Of a stretch of DNA of 64,000 nucleotides, positions 47,139 through 54,518 are shown piece after piece. This DNA is from a virus: IMG/VR virus record IMGVR_UViG_3300025711_000007, positions 15,785 to 79,784 of that record, one strand, 5' to 3'. Each line of letters begins with the position of its first letter. Position 1 is the first letter of the stretch. A model generated the notes under the pieces. That model was not told where the DNA came from. It saw only the letters and a list, made by a program, of their open reading frames with translations, and did not search any database. The position numbers and the translations under genes are program-made.

Positions 47139-48697
47139 TCGGTGAGCGGCGCGCCACGGTCACGCGACTGAGCAACGTGCGTTGCCGCGTATCGTTCAGC
47201 TACCCGGACCTAGTCGACGCTGACGCTGGCAAAGCGCGCAAGAAGATCCTCGGGTTGCTGGACGACGCGCTCGCCATCGAGCAGAAGGGCGCGCACTTCA
47301 ACCCGACCGTGCAGAGCGGGCTGTGGGACGGGCGCAGGCACGTCTTCCACAAGAACGACGACGACGGGACCTTCCCGGCCGGGGTCGCCAGGCGCGTGAA
47401 GGCGCTGCTGCGCGAAGCTGGGTACCGGGTGATGAGGACGCGGGACGACCGCGCGAGGACGCACGGGCCGATCCCGACGGAGATATCCGACGACATGCTC
47501 GCCGGAGTCACCCTGCGCCCGGACCAGCTCAGGGTCATCGCGGCGGCCCTCGAGAACGGTTGCGGGCTCCTCCACGTGGCGACCGGAGGCGGGAAGACGG
47601 AGATCGCGGCGGCGATCATCAAGACCCTCAACCAGGCGGCCTCGCGGCGGTGCCTGTTCCTGGTCCACACGAAGCAGCTGCTCGGCCAGGCTCGCGAGCG
47701 CATCGCGCTCCGCCTCGGCACGATCGAGGAGCACATCGGCGTGATCGGCGACGGGAGATTCGACCCGAAGCACATCACGATCGCCACCGTGCAGAGCTTG
47801 ACCCGGGTGCGGAACGACACGCAGAAGAAGGTGATCGCGAAGTACCTCAAGACGATCGACCTGCTCATCCTCGACGAGACGCACCACGCGTCGGCGAAGA
47901 CGTTCTACCGGCTGGTGTCGCGCATCGACGCGCCGTGGCGGTTCGGCATGTCGGGGACGCCGTTCGGCCTCGCGGACGGCAAGGGGCTTCTGGTGGAGGC
48001 GGCGTTCGGCCCGGTGGTCGAGCGCGTGACGAACGCCGAGCTCATCGAGCTCGGCGTGAACGCGAAGCCCACCATCCGCATGCTCGAGGTCTCCGGTCCG
48101 AAGCTCGATGCGAACCTCGACTGGCAGGGTGTGTACAAGGAGGGCATCGTGCTCAACGACGAGCGGAACCGGATGATCGCGCGCGAGGCCGCGGCGTTCG
48201 CGCGCAAGAAGTGGCCGACGCTCGTGCTCGTGCGCGAGCTGTGGCACGGCGACAAGATCGCCGAGCTGCTCCGGGAAGCGGAGATCCCGCACGCGTTCGT
48301 TCACGGGCAGATGCCGATCTCCGAGGTCGAGCGTCAGAAGGATCGGCTCGCCGACGGCAAGATCCTCGTGCTGATCGGCTCACCGATCCTTGGCGAGGGC
48401 GTCGACATCCCGGCCATCAGAGGGCTCGTCATCGGGGACGGAGGGCAGTCGGTCGCGAACGTGCTGCAGAAGCTCGGGCGCGGTCTCCGTCGCAAGGTCG
48501 GAGACAACCGGCTCGACGCTGTAGATTTCTGCGACTTGACCCACAAGTGGTTAGCGCAGCACAGTCAAGAGCGGTTGGCGCTATATGAGTCGGAAGGATT
48601 CCAGGTCACCTTACCGAGCATCGGCGCGCACGGTTCTGTGGACAAACCTGTGTGTTCTGTGGATAAGCAGACGCAGGAGACGTTCGTCGAGATCTGA
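47126..48697 (+). CDS. SF2 DNA helicase (UvsW-like)
   Basis: ATGGGKT, DETHH, SGTP, EGVDIP, QKLGRGLR; exact start uncertain. Confidence 0.92.
   Translation: MGRVVGERRATVTRLSNVRCRVSFSYPDLVDADAGKARKKILGLLDDALAIEQKGAHFNPTVQSGLWDGRRHVFHKNDDDGTFPAGVARRVKALLREAGYRVMRTRDDRARTHGPIPTEISDDMLAGVTLRPDQLRVIAAALENGCGLLHVATGGGKTEIAAAIIKTLNQAASRRCLFLVHTKQLLGQARERIALRLGTIEEHIGVIGDGRFDPKHITIATVQSLTRVRNDTQKKVIAKYLKTIDLLILDETHHASAKTFYRLVSRIDAPWRFGMSGTPFGLADGKGLLVEAAFGPVVERVTNAELIELGVNAKPTIRMLEVSGPKLDANLDWQGVYKEGIVLNDERNRMIAREAAAFARKKWPTLVLVRELWHGDKIAELLREAEIPHAFVHGQMPISEVERQKDRLADGKILVLIGSPILGEGVDIPAIRGLVIGDGGQSVANVLQKLGRGLRRKVGDNRLDAVDFCDLTHKWLAQHSQERLALYESEGFQVTLPSIGAHGSVDKPVCSVDKQTQETFVEI
48637..48666. promoter_or_regulatory. 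Pair of DnaA boxes
   Basis: TGTGGACAA (48637-48645) and TGTGGATAA (48658-48666), 21 bp apart. Confidence 0.55.
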
Positions 48698-48760
48698 AGC
48701 AGCGAATACTGGCAATCAAGCATCTTGACACTCGAGGCCGGTGTACGGTACTGACTCAGG

Positions 48761-49363
48761 GTGCCACCCGATCGCGCGCCCGCGACACAACCAGTTGCAG
48801 CGTGTGCTCCCGGGAGAGAGCGTCGGCGCGCGGTGGCCGAGGAGATCTGCGTGCTCTACTACGAGGCGGTCAGGGCCGAGGTGTCCGCCCTGACCAAGGG
48901 CGGGCGGCAACACAAGCCGTCTCGGGGCCTGCAGGACGTCGACGCGTCGACACGTCGAGCTTTCCGTAAGGCCGCGCGCATCGCGCTGGAGGAGGACGCC
49001 GACGCTCGCGAGTACGTCGTCGCTCAGTTCGCGATGTGGCGGTCGGCCTCGGCGTACCACAAGAAGTTCCTCCTCCCGAGTCCGCAGCAGATGGGTACGG
49101 AGGGCGCGCGGGTGCGCTACCTGCAATACAAAGCGTCGGGTGTGATCAGGCGGTCGCGCAAGGTCACGCTCGACGCCGAGCAGGACGACCACAAGCGGTG
49201 GTACGTCGAGGAGCGCCAGCTCAAGGGCATCGCCCGCGTCCAGCGCCTCGACCCCGCGGACGTGCTGGCGCAGCAGCCGGAGAGGTTCTCCCGCGCGTTC
49301 TTGGAGCGCAAGGGCGTGTGGGACGCGCTGCGAGACCTCTGGGAAGAGAGGACGACCAAGTGA
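48761..49363 (+). CDS. Hypothetical replication-module protein
   Basis: TTGACA upstream; coupled to next gene. Confidence 0.7.
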   Translation: MPPDRAPATQPVAACAPGRERRRAVAEEICVLYYEAVRAEVSALTKGGRQHKPSRGLQDVDASTRRAFRKAARIALEEDADAREYVVAQFAMWRSASAYHKKFLLPSPQQMGTEGARVRYLQYKASGVIRRSRKVTLDAEQDDHKRWYVEERQLKGIARVQRLDPADVLAQQPERFSRAFLERKGVWDALRDLWEERTTK

Positions 49364-49956
49364 CGGCCGGCGCTGCGGCCAGGGTGTCTCCGTGGGCGGA
49401 GATCGAGCGCCGCCACGCCATGGCGTGGAGTCGCTGGCTGACAGCGGAGAGGTTGCTCGGCCCGCCTCCGAGGCCGCGCGGCTTGATCGTCGGGGAAGCT
49501 CCGGGACCTAACACGGACGCGCGGTTCCCGCTGTTCCCGCACCCGAGCAACTCCGCTGGTGCTCGGTTGTTGAAGTATTCCGGTGTCGAGCCGACGACCT
49601 GGCTGGGCAAGCTCGTGCGGGTGAACTTGTGTGACGGAGCGTGGTCGGCTCGCCGCGCGGCGGCGGGGCGCGCGCGCGTCCTCGCGTACCTGCTCGACGA
49701 CGCTAACTTCTACGACGGAGAGCCGTTGCGCGTGCTGCTGCTCGGCGCCCGCGTCGCGCGGACGTGGTCCTGCTACGGATCGTTCGGGTACGTCGAGGAG
49801 CACCTGTACCAGGGCGGCGGCGTCAATGACAGGGTCATCCGCATGGCGTGGATCCCGCACCCGTCGGGTCGGTGCCGGCTCTACAACGATCGCCGGAACC
49901 AGCTGCGCGCTCGCCGCGCCGTGCTCTGGGCGCTCGGCGAGAGGAGCGCGCCTTGA
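49360..49956 (+). CDS. Uracil-DNA glycosylase-superfamily protein
   Basis: IVGEAPG, SAGARL, LLLGARVA, IPHPSG. Confidence 0.75.
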   Translation: MTAGAAARVSPWAEIERRHAMAWSRWLTAERLLGPPPRPRGLIVGEAPGPNTDARFPLFPHPSNSAGARLLKYSGVEPTTWLGKLVRVNLCDGAWSARRAAAGRARVLAYLLDDANFYDGEPLRVLLLGARVARTWSCYGSFGYVEEHLYQGGGVNDRVIRMAWIPHPSGRCRLYNDRRNQLRARRAVLWALGERSAP

Positions 49957-50240
49957 GCGTCTACGTCGACAAGTCAGCCAACTTGTATAGGTCGGCGCGG
50001 GGTCGCCGGATGGTCATGTGCCACATGATCGCGGACACGCCGGACGAGCTCCACGCGATGGCGATCGCGGTCGGCCTGAAGCGCCGGTGGTTCCAGGCGT
50101 CGCCGCCGGCTAGCTTCCCGCACTACGATGTGTGCAGGAGCAAACGCGCGCTGGTCGTCTCTGCTGGCGCGATTGATTGTGACCGCAACGAGTTCGTCGC
50201 CGCGGTGCACCGCATCCGGGCATCTAAGGCTTTCCATTGA
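49953..50240 (+). CDS. DUF4031 family protein
   Basis: VYVD...MCHMIADTPDELHAMA..VGLKRRWFQ...HYDV...GA. Confidence 0.85.
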   Translation: MSVYVDKSANLYRSARGRRMVMCHMIADTPDELHAMAIAVGLKRRWFQASPPASFPHYDVCRSKRALVVSAGAIDCDRNEFVAAVHRIRASKAFH

Positions 50241-51592
50241 GGAAGAAAAGCGACCGGAGCGAGTTCGACGCTGGCGGTGCGGACGACGTCGTCCCGTCGT
50301 GGAAGATCGACTACGGGAAAGATTTCGAGAAGCGGATGCTCCGGGTGCTGTTCGCGGACCAGGAGTTCGCGACCACCGCCGGCGTCCACCTCAACCACCA
50401 GCTGTTCTCTACTCCGGCGCTGCGGTGGGTCGCGCAGAAGGTCGTCGGGCACGCGCGGGACAGCGGCGTCGGCATCAGCAAGGACGCGCTGCGCATCGAG
50501 ATGGTCCGCGACGCCAAGGTCGGCAGGATCACCAGCAAGAACCTGGACGCGATCGAGGCGCTGGTCGACACCGTCGACCACACGGTCAAGGATCGGAGCT
50601 ACGTCAAGGGTGAGCTGTTCAAGTTCATAAAGAACCAGGTCACCGACCGCGTGGTGCGCGCGTGCCTCGACCACCTGGACGCGCAGGACTTCGACGCGAT
50701 CGACGGCGAGGTGCAGAAGATCCTGGACGTCCAGTCCGCGCTCGGAGGCGGGCTCGGGCACTTCTTCGTCCGCGACCGGCTGGTGCGCCGCGAGCGGCGA
50801 CGGAAGTACGAGCCGAACGGGGTCAGCTCCGGGCTGTTCATGGACGAGCAGCTCAAGCCCAAGGGGGCCCCGCCGAAGTCGCTCGTCACCGTCGTAGCTC
50901 CGAGCGGCGTCGGTAAGAGCAACACGCTGATGTACATGTGTCGCTCCGCCGTTATCAACAGCAACGCGCCGTCTCTCTACGTCACAACTGAGTTGTCCGA
51001 GGAGGTCGTCAGCGACCGACTCGACGCGTCGTTCACGAGCGTCAGCATCAACATGCTCGAGAAGGAGCGCAAGAAGGTCAGCGCGAAGGTACGCAACCTC
51101 GGTTTGAAGCGCGGCGAGCTCCTCGTCGTCAAGGAGTTTCCGCCCGGGGTCCTCACCCCGGGAGGTCTGCGCGCCTACATCCGGCAGCTCGAGAGGGTCG
51201 GGTTCTACCCCAAGTCGATCTACATCGACTCGCCGGACGACATGGTGCCGGACCCGGCCGACCGCGGGCGCGACCGGGACGGGTACGAGGATTACGGCGC
51301 GGTGTACCGTGGCAACCGCCGGCTCAGCTACGAGGTCATGGCTCCCGTCCACGGAGCGTCTCAGACCCAGCGTGGCGCCCTTAACAAGGAGCACGTCGAC
51401 TGGGACCAGATTGCTGACAGCGCCAAGAAGGTGATGGTGTCGGATGTGGTGCTCATCCTCCAACAGACGCGGGAGGAGTACGAGCAGAAGGTGGGGCGGT
51501 TCTACCTGGCGAAGAACAGGTTCGGCTCGGCGAAGCGGGAGTGGAAGGTGCGCCTGGATTGGGCGAAGATCGACATCCGCACCATCGGATGA
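50237..51592 (+). CDS. Replicative DnaB-like helicase
   Basis: APSGVGKS, YVTTELSE, IYIDSPD, ASQTQR, IADSAKK, KNRFG. Confidence 0.92.
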   Translation: MRKKSDRSEFDAGGADDVVPSWKIDYGKDFEKRMLRVLFADQEFATTAGVHLNHQLFSTPALRWVAQKVVGHARDSGVGISKDALRIEMVRDAKVGRITSKNLDAIEALVDTVDHTVKDRSYVKGELFKFIKNQVTDRVVRACLDHLDAQDFDAIDGEVQKILDVQSALGGGLGHFFVRDRLVRRERRRKYEPNGVSSGLFMDEQLKPKGAPPKSLVTVVAPSGVGKSNTLMYMCRSAVINSNAPSLYVTTELSEEVVSDRLDASFTSVSINMLEKERKKVSAKVRNLGLKRGELLVVKEFPPGVLTPGGLRAYIRQLERVGFYPKSIYIDSPDDMVPDPADRGRDRDGYEDYGAVYRGNRRLSYEVMAPVHGASQTQRGALNKEHVDWDQIADSAKKVMVSDVVLILQQTREEYEQKVGRFYLAKNRFGSAKREWKVRLDWAKIDIRTIG

Positions 51593-51602
51593 GGAGGAAA
51601 CA

Positions 51603-52181
51603 ATGACGAGCAACCGGGTGTCAGTCGACCAAGAGGAATATTCTGCTCTCATGTCGCTCAAGGAGCGCTACGAGGACCGCGCGATCAGGATGGCTCAGGT
51701 CGCCAATCGAAATCATGACCTCCTAATGACGTGCGACGCCCAAGCTCGTCGCCTGGTCGAGGTCGACCTCATGGTGCAGAACTACGAGCGCATCAACGGG
51801 ATGCAGCGCGCGCTCATCGACGCCATGCGCGCTGACCGGCCGCAGGTCGCTTCGATGGAGGAGCTCTCTGAGTTTTGGAGACAGTGGAACGTGACTACCA
51901 AGAATATGGTGGTGTCGAACCCGCAACAGCGTGAAGAGGTGTCGAAGCTGGAACCAGACCTATTCCGGTCGTGGTCTTCGTGGATCAGAGAAGTCCACAA
52001 GAATAAAGCGACGACAGCGGCGAACACCCGCGCAGACGTAGAAGCTAGGCAACCGAGCTCACAGAGCGAGCTGCAGAGTAACATCCTCGCCAGCCTGCGG
52101 GAGCAGAACGCGATGATGTCTTCTCGGGTGCGCGAGTTGGAGGTCGAGCTCGACGCGTACAAGAGCAGAAAAAAGGGATAG
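51603..52181 (+). CDS. Coiled-coil hypothetical protein
   Basis: GAGGAGG SD; lower GC than neighbours. Confidence 0.7.
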   Translation: MTSNRVSVDQEEYSALMSLKERYEDRAIRMAQVANRNHDLLMTCDAQARRLVEVDLMVQNYERINGMQRALIDAMRADRPQVASMEELSEFWRQWNVTTKNMVVSNPQQREEVSKLEPDLFRSWSSWIREVHKNKATTAANTRADVEARQPSSQSELQSNILASLREQNAMMSSRVRELEVELDAYKSRKKG

Positions 52182-52186
52182 CGACG

Positions 52187-53296
52187 GTGCCGGTCAATTT
52201 CCTGGCGGTGGACCGGGCGTTCGACGCCGAGCGCTACGTGCTGGACATGCAGCCAGACGCCCAGCGCAGCGGCGGCAACCTGGTGGTGACGTGCCCGCGC
52301 TGCGAGAAGCCCAAGCTGTGGGTGCTCGTGGTGGACCGCGACGACGTGCGGGCCCCGGCGTGGCGGTGCTTTTCCAGCGAGTGCGGGGACGCTGGGCGGA
52401 CGGCGCTGTCGCTGATCCGTCGGCTCGAGGACTGCGACACGTTCCACGCGTTCGAGCAGATCGCCAGGTACACCAAGGGCGGCCAGCCGCTCGTCAACCT
52501 GCGCAGGCTCGTGGAGGAGCGCCTGGCCGGCGACGTCGAGGTGTGGAGCGACGACGCCGCCACGGTCCCGCTGCCGGACGAGTTCATCCCGGTGCGCGCC
52601 GACCACCGCGGGTCAGACCTGCCGCCGTATTTCGGGGAGCGCGGTATCGGGGTCAAGAAGGCCGTCCGCTACGGGATCGGGTGGTGCGAGGCGGGGTACT
52701 TCCGGAACCGCCTCGTTGTCCCCGTCACCAGGGGAGACGAGGTTGCGTTCTTCGTTGCGCGCTACATGGCGTCCAAGCTGCCGATGTGCAAGGCGCCCAA
52801 GCTGCCGTGCACGAGGTGCGGCGGGAGCGACGAGCACAAGCGGTTGAAGAAGACCCTGTATCCGAAGGGCGCGAAGCCTGGGCGGCACCTCTTCAACTAC
52901 GACCGGGCGCGGTACTGCCGGACGATCCGGATCGTCGAGGGTGCGCTAGACGCTGTCCACGTCGGCCGCTCGGCGGTGGCGACGTTTGGCACGAGCCTCA
53001 GCCAGTACCAGCTCGAGATGCTGATGCGGACCGCCGCGGAGGAGATCGTGATCATCTGGGACCGGGATCCCGGAGCCAAGGCCGGTGCGTCCGGTTACGA
53101 GAAGGCGCAGGAGCTCGCGACCCGGCTCGCGGACCTGTGGCGCGTGCGCGTCGTCGAGCTCCCGGACGCGCGCGACCCCGACGAGCTCACCCGCGAGGAG
53201 CTCAGCGACCTCGAGCGGTCAACTCCCGTGCTCGATGCGACCGGGGCCCGCAGGTCGTACGTGATCAGCAGGTTGGAGAGGCGCGCTGGGAGCTGA
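52187..53296 (+). CDS. DNA primase (Zn finger + TOPRIM)
   Basis: CPRC...WRCF..C, RLVVPV, IVEGALDA, WDRD, DPDE. Confidence 0.92.
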   Translation: MPVNFLAVDRAFDAERYVLDMQPDAQRSGGNLVVTCPRCEKPKLWVLVVDRDDVRAPAWRCFSSECGDAGRTALSLIRRLEDCDTFHAFEQIARYTKGGQPLVNLRRLVEERLAGDVEVWSDDAATVPLPDEFIPVRADHRGSDLPPYFGERGIGVKKAVRYGIGWCEAGYFRNRLVVPVTRGDEVAFFVARYMASKLPMCKAPKLPCTRCGGSDEHKRLKKTLYPKGAKPGRHLFNYDRARYCRTIRIVEGALDAVHVGRSAVATFGTSLSQYQLEMLMRTAAEEIVIIWDRDPGAKAGASGYEKAQELATRLADLWRVRVVELPDARDPDELTREELSDLERSTPVLDATGARRSYVISRLERRAGS

Positions 53297-53320
53297 CGGT
53301 CGCGGTAGGTGAGCGTTTCT

Positions 53321-53349
53321 GTTGACAGTGTCATCGCATAAGCTACCAT
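53321..53349 (+). promoter_or_regulatory. Sigma70-type promoter with palindromic operator
   Basis: TTGACA-N16-TACCAT; GTTGACagtGTCATC. Confidence 0.65.
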
Positions 53350-53358
53350 CGCAGCGCG

Positions 53359-54081
53359 ATGGTCGACAAGAAGACGAAGAAGATCGGGACCAACACAAAG
53401 GGACCTGACAAGAAGAAAGAAGACGAGATCATGGACCGCGCAACGTTGAAGGAGATCGCGACGAACGTGCAGGTCAAGGTGTTGAAGTCGGACAGCGACG
53501 CCGATCTCCAACGAAAGGTCAACGACGCGATCCAAAAACTGCCGTCGGGTGCCGTCTTGAAGCAGCTGGAGTCCATCGATCCAGTGAAGCTGACCACGGT
53601 GTTGAAACGTGACTGCATCGGGATATTCGTCGACTTCTCGGACGTCTCTTGCGTCAGGTGTGCTGACGCCAAGCAGTGCGTTCGCCAGTTCGTCGGTAAC
53701 CTCCGCGACGGGATGAACGCAGTGAAAGACGCCGCCGCTGCTGACGAAGCTGAAGCGGCACCGAAGCTGAGCTCTCAGAGCAAGCTCACCCCGGTCACCC
53801 GGTACGACCCCAAGCGGGCGATGTGGGTCCGCGACGTCAAGAACCCGAACCCGAAGACCGACGACTACTACGACATGATCCAGCGCGTGCTCGTCACCCA
53901 GCCGGAGACCCTGGGGCAACTGCGCACCATCGTGGAGCAGGAGTTCGACCTCGACGGGGACGGCGACTTCATGAAGTTCGTCACCGCCCTCCGCGACCCG
54001 AAGGAGGGCGTCATAAAGCTTGATTGTGACTTGTCCGAGCAGGACAAGAGCGCGCTTAGGGAAGCTGGATACGACGTTTGA
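53359..54081 (+). CDS. Hypothetical protein with four-Cys cluster
   Basis: CIG...CVRC...C. Confidence 0.72.
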   Translation: MVDKKTKKIGTNTKGPDKKKEDEIMDRATLKEIATNVQVKVLKSDSDADLQRKVNDAIQKLPSGAVLKQLESIDPVKLTTVLKRDCIGIFVDFSDVSCVRCADAKQCVRQFVGNLRDGMNAVKDAAAADEAEAAPKLSSQSKLTPVTRYDPKRAMWVRDVKNPNPKTDDYYDMIQRVLVTQPETLGQLRTIVEQEFDLDGDGDFMKFVTALRDPKEGVIKLDCDLSEQDKSALREAGYDV

Positions 54082-54117
54082 TCCGTAACTGAAACATCAA
54101 CGAGAAAGTGAAAACAC

Positions 54118-54516
54118 ATGGCGAAGAGTTTGTTCGTGTTGACCGTACCGACCACCATCACCGTCGCAATCGAAGCATCAGATGAGAAGGACGCTGTCGA
54201 GAAAGCCAAGACAGCTATCAAGTCGGTGCTCGGGACGTCGTTCGGTGTGATCAGCATCGTCGGAGATCCGAAGGTCATGCCGGTGACATCCGCTAAGTCA
54301 TCCAAGAAGGATGACGACGAGGAAGAGGAGGACGACGAGGAAGAGGAGGACGACGATGAAGAGGAGGACGACGAGGAAGAGGAGGACGACGAAGAAGAGG
54401 AGGACGACGAGGAAGATGAACCAAAGAAGTCTGATAAGAAGTCGGACAAGAAGCCCGATAAGAAGTCGGACAAGAAGCCCGAAGGCAAGAAGATCAAGAT
54501 CAAGCTCAAGGGATAA
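54118..54516 (+). CDS. Small protein with long acidic tract and Lys-rich tail
   Basis: Folded N-terminus, (DDEEEE)n tract, KK[SP]D repeats. Confidence 0.72.
   Translation: MAKSLFVLTVPTTITVAIEASDEKDAVEKAKTAIKSVLGTSFGVISIVGDPKVMPVTSAKSSKKDDDEEEEDDEEEEDDDEEEDDEEEEDDEEEEDDEEDEPKKSDKKSDKKPDKKSDKKPEGKKIKIKLKG
54313..54483 (+). repeat. Coding tandem repeats (6 x 18 bp, then 5 x 12 bp)
   Basis: GACGACGAGGAAGAGGAG-like units at 54313-54420; AAGAAGTCGGAC-like units at 54424-54483. Confidence 0.9.
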
Positions 54517-54518
54517 CT

